A stretch of 57,250 nt of DNA from an uncultured virus (IMG/VR IMGVR_UViG_3300037488_003672) (IMGVR_UViG_3300037488_003672); one strand, 5' to 3'; shown: positions 40,636-50,337, numbered from the stretch's first letter. A program made the numbers and translations. Notes: a model not told the origin generated them from the letters alone.

Positions 40636-42801
40636 ATGGTTAAATCAGACACAGCTTTAACTTGTACAATTTGTAACGCAGAAATTGCAATAATTGCGAT
40701 TCAACAAAAAGATGAAAAAGAAACGAATTATTTATGTGCTAATGATGCAAAAGAATTACTTCCCGCTTTAGATCTTGATACACTTATAAGAATTGAAGCC
40801 ATCGTTTCTCCAAAAGGGGATGAAATATTAAAAGAATTTAAAATCAAGCAAAAAATCCCTCCAAAATCAGCAATCCAAGTTCCTTCTATTGATGAAGATT
40901 TTAAAAAAATGATTTCAAAGAAAATGATTGAAGTTAAAAAACCCATCGTCAAAGAAAGTATGTTTGTGAAAGACCTATTGCCGAACCTCTTAACTGATAC
41001 GTCTATTATTAATAAATATAGTGAAGATCAATTGATTATTGGATTAAATAGTATCATAAAAAAAATACCAAACGTAATCGATGCAATCAAACCAACTGAA
41101 ACCGAGATTCTTCTTCGAATCGATCTTAATCTTCCCTTCGTTAAATCAGCTTATGAAACATATATCTATGAAGGGCTTAAATTTCCAAGAGGTTCTAAGA
41201 AATTTATTATTCAAACAAATTTATTCCTTACAAATTATTTGAAATGGCTTAAGCCTACTGGATTGTCATCTGGAAGCGGGACTACTGTTATTCAAACAAC
41301 CCCTTCTTCAATACCTATTGATTTAGGTACCGATGACTTCAAAAGCTTAGCAGAAGAAACCATTAATTGTAAAAAATTTCCATCCACAAGAGGAATCTAT
41401 AAACATTTTGAAGAAGCAAAAAAATATATGGTTGAAAGTGGTGTATGGATTCAAGACAAATTATTGCGTAAAATGTTATTAGCAGTCGAAAGGGACACCC
41501 CATTTATCTTGTACGGGGAACCTGGCGATGGAAAGTCTGTGATCACAAAATCCTTTATGCGTTGGGTTTGTTTCTACTTCAATGGAGGGGAAGATATTTA
41601 CGAAGGAAAAAAAGGCAAATCATTAGTGAAAAATACAACGAATCCAATTCCTCTTGCAGTCACCACATCGGGAACTTCAATGACAATTCAACCAGCAGTA
41701 CCTTTTATCATTAATGAGAACATTAAAGACGACAGCAACCTTTATGGTATTGATTATTTGTCTAAAAATATTGACGAATCAACTAACTCATCAACTCTGT
41801 ATGGGGGATTCTCTCCCGAAATTCTTTCAAGTGCAGTTAAAAAACCACGCAGAGACAATATTGAAAAAGGAATTTTCTCAAGAGCAATGGAAGAAGGTAA
41901 ATATATTATGTTGGATGAATTGAATCGAACCGATAATGAAACATTAGGTCGATTGATGGGATTCCTTGCTGATCCATATAATTATGATGTTCCCGAAGGT
42001 AAATTACGATATTGGTATAAAATGAGTTCAAGCGAACGATCCAATATGGTAATTATCGGTACTATGAATATCGGGGATGTTGGTAATTTTAAAATGAGTT
42101 TTGCCTTCAAACGCCGATTTAAAATAATTAAAGTCGAATATACGGAAGAAGAAATCGGCATGATCATGGAATATTTGTATGGATATATTGCTAAACCGAC
42201 CAATAAACTTGATCCAGAAATTACAACAGCTTTAAAGAACATTGTAAATCCTCTGTTTGTCAATGGAGCTATAACAATGCAAGTCTTAGAAAAATTAGAA
42301 GATGAAATAAAAACTTTTGGAAAATTACTATTCTCAATTACTCATGGTTGGAGTAAAGAAGCAAATTTGGTTCAATTTGGAGTCGGGGTTGCACATTGTA
42401 AAACCGTTTTGGAAGATATTTCGCTCTTCATGATAGATATTGTAAGAAGAAATCCAAGAATGCTTTGTAATGGCATTACTGAATCCACATTTACAGATAA
42501 AATTAAAGAAATAGTAACAGATGCAGTTGCAGAGAACGTAATAATGGCAATTATTGATGAAAATGACAAATATAAAATGGGGAAAATGGAAGAAAAAGTC
42601 AAAACTCTTTCCACTGCACTAACACAAGTGATACTCAGAATGATAAACAATATTTCAACCAATATGAATAACTTAGTAGCAAGTACCGAATTAAATAAGG
42701 ATATAAATATGAGAGCATGGGAAGGCATTTGGAAATTTAGCAAAAGTAAATCCGAAATTAAAGATTTATTACTCAAACCCGCTCAACCAATTTCTCCCTA
42801 A
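40636..42801 (+). CDS. AAA+ NTPase, McrB/MoxR (AAA_5)-like
   Basis: Walker A GEPGDGKS, Walker B IMLDELNR, IIGTMNIGD, AFKRRF; N-terminal CxxC. Confidence 0.85.
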   Translation: MVKSDTALTCTICNAEIAIIAIQQKDEKETNYLCANDAKELLPALDLDTLIRIEAIVSPKGDEILKEFKIKQKIPPKSAIQVPSIDEDFKKMISKKMIEVKKPIVKESMFVKDLLPNLLTDTSIINKYSEDQLIIGLNSIIKKIPNVIDAIKPTETEILLRIDLNLPFVKSAYETYIYEGLKFPRGSKKFIIQTNLFLTNYLKWLKPTGLSSGSGTTVIQTTPSSIPIDLGTDDFKSLAEETINCKKFPSTRGIYKHFEEAKKYMVESGVWIQDKLLRKMLLAVERDTPFILYGEPGDGKSVITKSFMRWVCFYFNGGEDIYEGKKGKSLVKNTTNPIPLAVTTSGTSMTIQPAVPFIINENIKDDSNLYGIDYLSKNIDESTNSSTLYGGFSPEILSSAVKKPRRDNIEKGIFSRAMEEGKYIMLDELNRTDNETLGRLMGFLADPYNYDVPEGKLRYWYKMSSSERSNMVIIGTMNIGDVGNFKMSFAFKRRFKIIKVEYTEEEIGMIMEYLYGYIAKPTNKLDPEITTALKNIVNPLFVNGAITMQVLEKLEDEIKTFGKLLFSITHGWSKEANLVQFGVGVAHCKTVLEDISLFMIDIVRRNPRMLCNGITESTFTDKIKEIVTDAVAENVIMAIIDENDKYKMGKMEEKVKTLSTALTQVILRMINNISTNMNNLVASTELNKDINMRAWEGIWKFSKSKSEIKDLLLKPAQPISP

Positions 42802-42825
42802 TCTCTCTTTTTTTCTTATTCTTTT
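42802..42825 (+). terminator. Archaeal-type oligo-T terminator
   Basis: Pyrimidine/T tract immediately after the stop; similar tracts follow many genes. Confidence 0.4.
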
Positions 42826-42899
42826 ATCACGTGAAAATCTCTTATTCCACATCTTTTGAAAATATCAAGTTATATGTTCTTAAAACCATTCTTTGTATT

Positions 42900-44738
42900 A
42901 TGAATGAATTTATTTTGAATGATGGTATGATGTTTGAAAATGAAGAAACTCCGTCAAATCTTAAAAGTAAATTTGCAGAAGAAGATCAAACCATCTTAAA
43001 TTCATTCAAACCGAAGCAATCTTCTATTGATTTTAAACTTTTTCTAAACCACGCTCAAAAAGACGATATTTTTATATTTCCGTTTTTGAATAAGTTATAT
43101 TTAATCATTCAATCAAAAGCGAAACTTATTGAAGAAAAAGGAAAGTTAAAATGGAATGAAATCAGTTCTTATGGAAATTTGATCGAACATAATGACGATA
43201 TGATTCTAAAAATCGATGAGAAAAATGAATTACATATCCTAATAAAATCATATCTAAATTCTTTTTGTCTTTATGAAATTCCCTTTTATTTTATCCCTAT
43301 TGTGAAAGAAACTTATATTGAAAAATATGGTGAAAATAAAGGAAATTGGCGAATTTTCATTCATCCAAATGTTAATATAAATAAGAATAAATTTTCCCTT
43401 CCCTTAACACAAAAATATAAATTACGAGACTATCAAGCCAGTTCTATTAGTGCATGGCGAGAAAATGAATACTTTGGAACCATTAGCATAGCTACAGCGG
43501 GAGGAAAAACACTTATTGGTATTGATGCAATTAAAGAACTACATGAAAATACATTGATCGCAGTTCCAACCGAACCTCTCTTACTGCAATGGAAAGCTGA
43601 GATTGAAAAATACTTGGGCTTAGACAATAATCAAGTAGGGTTATTCTATGGAAAAGTGAAACAACTAAAACCGATCTTAATTGGAACATATACATCATTG
43701 ATGAAGTATATTGTTTTTACTGAGAAGGACAAAGATTTAATTAATTCACTCGAAATTTCGAACGATGAAAAGCAAAAACGGATTCTCGATAGAGAACGAA
43801 TTAGAGATTTCCTTCAAAATTATTATTCTCTCCTAATTTTAGACGAAGCACACCATATCCCAGCTCCTCTGTTCCGTCAATTAGCCCTTAATTCCAAAGC
43901 CATTGATCGTTTGAGTTTATCAGCAACAGTGAAACGATTTGACGGGAACGAACGCATGTTATTTTTTAGTACGGGAAAACTCATCTATTATCTGTCTTAT
44001 TTACAACTTTGTGAGTTAAAATGGGTTATTCCCTTTCTTTATACTTATGTCCCAGTTCAATTAACAGAAGACCAAATTGATTATTATCACACATTAGGAC
44101 AAGATTTGGAAAAAAAGAAAGCCATTAGTTTCTTCAATACTCAAAAATTAGTTAAAATCTTAAAGATTGTTCAAACGCATGTTAATGAATTTAATCATTC
44201 TATTATCATATTCGTCACGTATGTGGAATCAGCTTTCATGATTTATGATGAATTGAAGGATTGTGGAATTAAGTGTGATCTTATTCTATCCGAAATAAAT
44301 CAAAAGAGAAAATCCAAATTTTTACGAAACGATGTTATAACGCAATTCAAACAAAAGGAAATTAATGTTATTATCTCAACTACGGTTCTTGATGAAGGCT
44401 TTAATGTCCCAGAGGCGAATGTTGCAATTATTACAAGTGGTTCAAGTACTGATCGGCAATTAATTCAACGGATCGGAAGAATTGTTCGAAAATCCGAAGA
44501 TCCTTCCAAAATTGGTTATATCTATGAAATTACAACCGAAGGGGATGACTCTTTTCTGACCTTAGATCAAATGAATAGACTGATCCGCAATCACATGATC
44601 ATCGATATTTCCAAATTTAACAAAGAACGGATTGTTTTAGAAAGTGATCTCTGGACTTTTGATTATCAATTAATCAATTCCTATGCAAAAGCACTTTGTT
44701 TAGAACATAAGATAAAACCTATTGAATTTGATTTTTAA
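42900..44738 (+). CDS. XPB/Rad25-like SF2 DNA helicase
   Basis: LRDYQ, TAGGKT, LDEAHH, SAT, LDEGFNVP, QRIGRIVR; ATG 42900 lies 30 nt after a TATA box, while the track start GTG lies in the palindrome. Confidence 0.9.
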   Translation: MNEFILNDGMMFENEETPSNLKSKFAEEDQTILNSFKPKQSSIDFKLFLNHAQKDDIFIFPFLNKLYLIIQSKAKLIEEKGKLKWNEISSYGNLIEHNDDMILKIDEKNELHILIKSYLNSFCLYEIPFYFIPIVKETYIEKYGENKGNWRIFIHPNVNINKNKFSLPLTQKYKLRDYQASSISAWRENEYFGTISIATAGGKTLIGIDAIKELHENTLIAVPTEPLLLQWKAEIEKYLGLDNNQVGLFYGKVKQLKPILIGTYTSLMKYIVFTEKDKDLINSLEISNDEKQKRILDRERIRDFLQNYYSLLILDEAHHIPAPLFRQLALNSKAIDRLSLSATVKRFDGNERMLFFSTGKLIYYLSYLQLCELKWVIPFLYTYVPVQLTEDQIDYYHTLGQDLEKKKAISFFNTQKLVKILKIVQTHVNEFNHSIIIFVTYVESAFMIYDELKDCGIKCDLILSEINQKRKSKFLRNDVITQFKQKEINVIISTTVLDEGFNVPEANVAIITSGSSTDRQLIQRIGRIVRKSEDPSKIGYIYEITTEGDDSFLTLDQMNRLIRNHMIIDISKFNKERIVLESDLWTFDYQLINSYAKALCLEHKIKPIEFDF

Positions 44739-44750
44739 GAATAATAGTTT

Positions 44751-44808
44751 TTCACGTGAATATTTTAAATTAGATTGTTTTAATCCATCAATCAAAAGAG
44801 TTATTAAT
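44751..44808 (+). promoter_or_regulatory. Palindrome + TATA-like module
   Basis: CACGTG 44753, TTATTAAT 44801 (48 nt), ATG 44829. Confidence 0.55.
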
Positions 44809-44828
44809 ATTTACGCAATATTTTAATT

Positions 44829-45245
44829 ATGACTAAAAAAACCAATAAAATTAAACAAGTCGATCAAGATGAACCAATGAAAGTTCAATATGACAAAACG
44901 ATAAAAATGTTTCTCTCAGATAATCGCATTATCGCTCTGACTACTCAAGATAATGACTATGTTAAAAAACTCAACTCCTTTGGGACTCATATTGAAATTA
45001 GTATTAGTCCATATCAATTAATCGAAGCGATCAATCTACTTATTGAAAATGAAGATTTAGAAGAAAGTCTATTCCCTCAAATTAAATTACGTATCGGTTC
45101 TTATTCCGATAATAATAACCCCTTTGGCTTTCCTTTACAAATATATACCAATAAACGCAAAAGCGATGTTGTTCTCATCGCCCCGATTCACACTGAAGAA
45201 GAAGTAAATAATCAAAAGAAAGTTCCATCATTATTTCGGGATTGA
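44829..45245 (+). CDS. Hypothetical protein, weak sliding-clamp C-terminal resemblance
   Basis: IKLRIG...PLQI...VVLIAPI. Confidence 0.5.
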   Translation: MTKKTNKIKQVDQDEPMKVQYDKTIKMFLSDNRIIALTTQDNDYVKKLNSFGTHIEISISPYQLIEAINLLIENEDLEESLFPQIKLRIGSYSDNNNPFGFPLQIYTNKRKSDVVLIAPIHTEEEVNNQKKVPSLFRD

Positions 45246-45250
45246 TCAAA

Positions 45251-45415
45251 ATGGAAAAAGAAATATTTATGAAATTGGTTCCCTCAACTTCTCAGTTTTT
45301 CTATTGCGTAAAATATAAAGCCTCAATTCCATCTAAAATCAATAATTACGAACAATTAAAATGCTGGGAATGCGTAAATAATGTATGCAATAAGGGTTCT
45401 TGTGATCCAATATGA
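45251..45415 (+). CDS. Small Cys-rich protein (54 aa, not in track)
   Basis: Own translation MEKEIF...CWECVNNVCNKGSCDPI*. Confidence 0.45.
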   Translation: MEKEIFMKLVPSTSQFFYCVKYKASIPSKINNYEQLKCWECVNNVCNKGSCDPI

Positions 45416-45528
45416 TTTTAAATGAAAAAAATTATTGTATTAATTGTTGCGAATATAGCTTAACTGAATATTGTGAATTTTGTGGATTGAATCTTAGGGT
45501 ATCTCAAAAAATAGAAAGGATTGAATAA
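45412..45528 (+). CDS. Zinc-ribbon microprotein (38 aa, not in track)
   Basis: MILNEKNYCINCC...YCEFCG...*; ATGA overlap upstream, 2 nt to the next ATG. Confidence 0.5.
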   Translation: MILNEKNYCINCCEYSLTEYCEFCGLNLRVSQKIERIE

Positions 45529-45530
45529 TA

Positions 45531-45893
45531 ATGGATTGCTTTAATTGCTTTTCTTATAAAAAAGAATTTCCATTCAGACAATATGATCAAAATCTCATTT
45601 ATCTCCCATATTGTTGCGAATATTCCACGTATTTTATCATAAAAGAAGATCGAACTTATTTCTTAAAGAAAATTGATCAAATCAATGTAGTTGCTAATCA
45701 AGCCAGACTCAGTCCTATTCGATGGGTAAATATTATACGAGGGGATTTTAATGATTATGAATTAAAAAAAATAGAATATTTTCATTGCACAAAACAAATT
45801 CCAATGGAAGAAGTAATGAAAACACTACTTTCAATCGATGAAAACCTTTTAAAAAAACAACTACAAAAAAATGAAGAAGACGAAGACGAATAA
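45531..45893 (+). CDS. Hypothetical protein
   Basis: 120 aa, N-terminal CFNC. Confidence 0.6.
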   Translation: MDCFNCFSYKKEFPFRQYDQNLIYLPYCCEYSTYFIIKEDRTYFLKKIDQINVVANQARLSPIRWVNIIRGDFNDYELKKIEYFHCTKQIPMEEVMKTLLSIDENLLKKQLQKNEEDEDE

Positions 45894-45895
45894 AT

Positions 45896-45952
45896 CTCAC
45901 GTGATACTTATTTTTTACATTTTATTGAAGAATAAAACCATACTTTTATATA
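45896..45952 (+). promoter_or_regulatory. Palindrome + TATA module
   Basis: CACGTG 45898, TTTATATA 45945 (47 nt), ATG 45974. Confidence 0.65.
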
Positions 45953-45973
45953 GTTTCAATACAAAGAAAAATT

Positions 45974-46288
45974 ATGGCTCAAGTTAATCGAAGTCAATCT
46001 GAAATTTCTTCGGATATTGTGTATATCACTTTAGAAGAATTATTCTGGAGTCTATATCGTGAAGATATGGATATTGCTGAGTTAAGAGAAAAGATTGTGG
46101 ATGTTTTTTCTCAAGATTTAATGGAACTAATGGATGTTTCGGTTCAATTTTTTGTTGATGAGTTTAAAAATCGAAAAAATTCATCAAAAGAAAATGATGA
46201 CAAATACGTAAAAGACACTATCACAAAATTATCAAAAGCAATCTGTGATACAAACAATAAATTAATCAATGAATCTCTTTTCGAGTAA
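45974..46288 (+). CDS. Hypothetical protein
   Basis: 104-aa ORF with own promoter. Confidence 0.65.
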   Translation: MAQVNRSQSEISSDIVYITLEELFWSLYREDMDIAELREKIVDVFSQDLMELMDVSVQFFVDEFKNRKNSSKENDDKYVKDTITKLSKAICDTNNKLINESLFE

Positions 46289-46382
46289 ATTTTTTAATTC
46301 CCTTCTTTTATTCTTTTCTTCTTCTTCTCATATCGCTTTTTAATTTCTTTATTTTCATTTTTCTTCTTTCTATTATTCAACT

Positions 46383-46441
46383 CTCACGTGAATTATTCTT
46401 ATTTTATTTTATCCATTCATGAAACGAAACATTTTTATACT
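46383..46441 (+). promoter_or_regulatory. Palindrome + TATA module
   Basis: CACGTG 46385, TTTTATAC 46433 (48 nt). Confidence 0.6.
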
Positions 46442-46471
46442 CTCACGAACTACAATCAATTACTGTAATTT

Positions 46472-47251
46472 TTGGTGAGTTTAATGGTTAAAAATATAGA
46501 AGAAATTGAATTGGAGTTTTTTCGAAAATTCCTAAAAGAAAATGCTGGATCTGTGTCCAAACAATATTCGGGTTGCGAAGAAACAGTTTGGAATGAAATG
46601 AATCAAAAATTGGTTAAATCATATCCAATTGAATTTAATTTATATAAAACCTTTCGATTTTTTGAATATCAACTTAACGATCCGAATGGAATTTTGAGCA
46701 AAACCTTTGTCTATCGTCTCTATTCCACAATGGATCAGAGAAATATAGATGAACCTTCTTGTTATGCCATCTCCAGAGATTTAATTTCGCTTGAAACCTA
46801 CCTTGGAATAGTCCGAGAAGGCGAATATGGTTTAATTGAAGAAATAGAATCACTAAAATATATCATTATGGATGTGAATGTATTCATGGAAGAAATGATC
46901 TTTGAATTGAATCGAGATAAAACGCTTGATCCAGATTATATCGTTTTTTACCATTACGATCCAGCGATAAAAGGCGATTATTACGCTGAATCTTACGATC
47001 AAGTTTATTTTATTGGGAGTTATAAAAAAGCCATGAAAATCTATGAAAAAAACGCTCAGATTAGACGAGGATGCGGAACTGTTTGCTATTCCTATTCTTA
47101 TCCAGTTCCATATTTACAATTATCTCGACAATATATAATTGGAGAAAAGTTAATCATTCATGCTGAACGTGAAAAAACCGAAGAAACCGAATTTGAACTG
47201 TCATTGGAAAACGATGACGATGAAATTTGCGAAGAAAATTATCCAGATTAA
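46472..47251 (+). CDS. Hypothetical protein
   Basis: 259-aa ORF; start may be ATG 46484. Confidence 0.7.
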   Translation: MVSLMVKNIEEIELEFFRKFLKENAGSVSKQYSGCEETVWNEMNQKLVKSYPIEFNLYKTFRFFEYQLNDPNGILSKTFVYRLYSTMDQRNIDEPSCYAISRDLISLETYLGIVREGEYGLIEEIESLKYIIMDVNVFMEEMIFELNRDKTLDPDYIVFYHYDPAIKGDYYAESYDQVYFIGSYKKAMKIYEKNAQIRRGCGTVCYSYSYPVPYLQLSRQYIIGEKLIIHAEREKTEETEFELSLENDDDEICEENYPD

Positions 47252-47390
47252 TTTTTTAATTTTTTAGAAAATAAAGATCACCTTCCCTTCAATCCATTTT
47301 TTTACTCAATTTTAACTCTCTGTACCTACTCAAAACATAAGCAAAAACTCTCTTTTTTTGATTTTTTCAAATAAACTGGGGAAAACGAAG

Positions 47391-47463
47391 ATCGAAACAC
47401 AAAGTATGCGAAATTTTCAGTTAATTTAAAGGAAAAAAATCAAAAAAGAACAATTCACGTGAA
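47391..47463. repeat. Dispersed non-coding repeat, copy 2
   Basis: Aligns with 3746-3817. Confidence 0.75.
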
Positions 47464-47511
47464 AATAATATTAAATATTAATTATTTGCCTTTTAATAAT
47501 GTTTTTATAGT
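47454..47511 (+). promoter_or_regulatory. Palindrome + TATA module
   Basis: CACGTG 47456, TTTATAGT 47504 (48 nt). Confidence 0.6.
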
Positions 47512-47529
47512 ATCTATATCATAAATCTT

Positions 47530-49002
47530 TTGGTGAAAAAGATTTCAACTCAAAAAAATTCAACTCAAAGAATTATTTGCGGGGATAATTTAATTATTCT
47601 CAAAGAGCTTGCTGATAAAAGTGTCGATTTGTGCTATATCGATCCTCCGTTTTTCACTAATAAGAATTACGAAGTAATTTGGAAAGACGGAGCTGAAATA
47701 CGTCAATTTAATGACCGATGGATAACGAGCGAAAAGGATTCAGACAAGAATCCTAAAAGGAGTTCCAAAGATATTAACGTCTATTTAGAATTTATGGAAC
47801 CAAGAGTTAAAGAAATTTATCGAATCTTGAAAGATACGGGTTCGTTCTATTTGCACTGCGATTATCACGCAGATGCGTATTTGCGTATTTTATGCGATAA
47901 AATATTTGATAAAGAACCGATGAATCGAATTTGTTGGAAGAGAACAAATGCAAAAGGCAATGCAACAAAAGCCTTTGGCGTTAATCATGATGTAATTCTC
48001 ATTTATACCAAATCAACTAAATATACTTTCAATATCCAAAAAGTTCAATCTGCGGATCTAAGTGGACAATACAAAAAAGTGGATAAAATTGGAAAATTTC
48101 GATCAATTACAATTATTAAAGCGAACGATTATGTTAATGTGAGCAAAGGCGAGAGTCGATATTTTCCAAGCGAAGATAAAACAGTTCAATTAGACAAAGA
48201 TCATGGTTGGGTTTGGACACAAGACAAACTTAATGCTTTTGTAAAAGACGGAGGAACTTTCGAATGGTCGTCTGGAGGGTTACCAAATTATAAAAAATAT
48301 TTAGACGATGGAGTTCCATGTGACGATGTATGGGATGGATTATATTTACATCCGTCATCAAAAGAACGCTTGGGTTACCCAACCCAAAAGCCAGAATCTC
48401 TATTGGAAAGAATCATAAAAACAAGTTCCAATGAAGGCGATCTGGTTTTGGATGGATTTTGCGGATGTGGTACTACATTAGCAACTTGTAAAAAACTAAA
48501 AAGGCAATATATCGGAATCGATGTTTCTCCAACAGCTTGTCGGTTGATTGCGAAACGACTTGGTCTCCCTATTCAAGATATTGAAGGTCTCCCTATTAAT
48601 TCGGAAGAAATTGGGAACTTGGATGGAAATGAATTTCAGAATTTTATCATTAGGGAATTTGGGGGATTTTCTGGAAAAAGGGGAGCTGATGGAGGGATTG
48701 ATGGTAATTTAGGCGATTTATTAATTCAAGTCAAAAAATTTAAAGCGGGAAGAATGCACTTGGATACCTTCTCTGGAATGCTATTACGAGAGAAAAAAAC
48801 CGAAGGGGTTTTCATTGCATTAGAGTTTTCGAAAGATTTTCGAGCTGAAGTTGCACGTCTCAAATCTGAGAACGGGATTATCATTCATTGGTTTGACGTA
48901 CAAGACATTATTGATAAAAAACACTATGAATTAGTGAATGAACATATACCAAAACAAGGATTAGAAAAATACAATACCATCAAATTTAATCCCAATAAAT
49001 AA
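47530..49002 (+). CDS. N6A/N4C DNA methyltransferase fused to a C-terminal Mrr-like (PD-D/ExK) domain
   Basis: IDPPF, YPTQKP, LDGFCGCG; then EFQNFI, GADGGIDG, IQVK. Confidence 0.9.
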   Translation: MVKKISTQKNSTQRIICGDNLIILKELADKSVDLCYIDPPFFTNKNYEVIWKDGAEIRQFNDRWITSEKDSDKNPKRSSKDINVYLEFMEPRVKEIYRILKDTGSFYLHCDYHADAYLRILCDKIFDKEPMNRICWKRTNAKGNATKAFGVNHDVILIYTKSTKYTFNIQKVQSADLSGQYKKVDKIGKFRSITIIKANDYVNVSKGESRYFPSEDKTVQLDKDHGWVWTQDKLNAFVKDGGTFEWSSGGLPNYKKYLDDGVPCDDVWDGLYLHPSSKERLGYPTQKPESLLERIIKTSSNEGDLVLDGFCGCGTTLATCKKLKRQYIGIDVSPTACRLIAKRLGLPIQDIEGLPINSEEIGNLDGNEFQNFIIREFGGFSGKRGADGGIDGNLGDLLIQVKKFKAGRMHLDTFSGMLLREKKTEGVFIALEFSKDFRAEVARLKSENGIIIHWFDVQDIIDKKHYELVNEHIPKQGLEKYNTIKFNPNK

Positions 49003-49005
49003 TGA

Positions 49006-49062
49006 TTCACGTGAATAACCATATTTCTATTTTTTTATTGCTTTTCCATAAACATTTAATAT
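49006..49062 (+). promoter_or_regulatory. Palindrome + TATA module
   Basis: CACGTG 49008, TTTAATAT 49055 (47 nt), ATG 49086. Confidence 0.6.
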
Positions 49063-49085
49063 AATTTAAAATATATTCTCTTATT

Positions 49086-50120
49086 ATGGATAAAATAATC
49101 GCCAGTCCGATCACTACCAATGGAGGAAAATACGCATCCATTAAAGAATATCATTTAGACGAATATATTCCGACACTATCCGATAACCACTATGTTTATG
49201 TGGAATTATTTTGTGGTTCGGGAGTTGTATTCTTAAATGTTGCTCATAAAATCGTTTCATGTATATTAAATGATGACAATTACGATATTTGGAATTTTTT
49301 TGATATTATAACAAGTAAATCGCTTTATCCTATATTTCAATCTAAATTGGATACAATCTACATCGGAAAAGCATGGTTTGATTCATTTGATTCAGAAAAT
49401 ATTGATCTTACAACAAAATTAACGCCAGATGAAACTAAACTTCTCTTGAAAACAATTCAAAATATTCTCAATCCTTCAATCCATTATTCTCTTATTAATA
49501 ATAGTGAAACTAATCAAACCTTAACAAATATTGCCGATATTTTACATCGTTCGCTTTCCGAACAAGAAAAACGGATCAATCGAGCCATTGCGTTCTATGT
49601 TAAAAACAAAATTAATTTTAAAGGCATTGTTAAAAATAAAAATTGGTATAATTCAGCAAAACCCAAGCCTTTCAATAAAGATCTTGCTCTTTACCATGAA
49701 ATTTTCAATAGTGTGAAATATATGAATATTTGGAATCTCGATTTTCGAGAAGCATTAAAACGTCTTAACCATCATGAAACTAAAGATCGAGATAAATATT
49801 TTATCTTTATTGATCCTCCCTATCCCGATACGGTTGGATATAATTCAATATTCGATAAACAAGCTCAACTCGATCTATTCGAACTATTAAAAAATTGTCC
49901 CCATACATTCTTAATGACACACAAAAATGATCCCTTTATTGTCGATCTCTATAAAGATTTCTTTCAAACCGAAATTGAAGTAAACTATTTCTCAAAATTA
50001 GGATCTGAAAAAGGAAAAGAAATCCTTATCTCAAATAATCCAATAAAACGGAATAATAGATCCATACAAAAAACATTAATAGAAAAAGGTGAACCACGTG
50101 AAAAAACAAATAATCATTGA
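49086..50120 (+). CDS. Dam-like (D12 class, alpha) DNA adenine methyltransferase
   Basis: GGK, YVELFCGSGVVF, FIDPPY, EILISN. Confidence 0.9.
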   Translation: MDKIIASPITTNGGKYASIKEYHLDEYIPTLSDNHYVYVELFCGSGVVFLNVAHKIVSCILNDDNYDIWNFFDIITSKSLYPIFQSKLDTIYIGKAWFDSFDSENIDLTTKLTPDETKLLLKTIQNILNPSIHYSLINNSETNQTLTNIADILHRSLSEQEKRINRAIAFYVKNKINFKGIVKNKNWYNSAKPKPFNKDLALYHEIFNSVKYMNIWNLDFREALKRLNHHETKDRDKYFIFIDPPYPDTVGYNSIFDKQAQLDLFELLKNCPHTFLMTHKNDPFIVDLYKDFFQTEIEVNYFSKLGSEKGKEILISNNPIKRNNRSIQKTLIEKGEPREKTNNH

Positions 50121-50322
50121 TCGAATAAATGCTACTAAATTTAATAAGACAGATCTAAATATGGAAGATCAGTTAATCTATAATCGGTTTATTGAACATT
50201 TACAACTCAATATCATATTAGAAGGGGTTGTTTGTCCGATCTGCTTCTTTTCTCAAGATACTAAACAAGGTATTTGTTGTAATTGTGGTGAAATCCTAAA
50301 CGATGAAGATTGGATTCAATAA
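50089..50322 (+). CDS. Zinc-ribbon protein
   Basis: CPIC...CCNCG. Confidence 0.55.
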   Translation: MNHVKKQIIIDRINATKFNKTDLNMEDQLIYNRFIEHLQLNIILEGVVCPICFFSQDTKQGICCNCGEILNDEDWIQ

Positions 50323-50337
50323 AAAACAATAAAAAAT

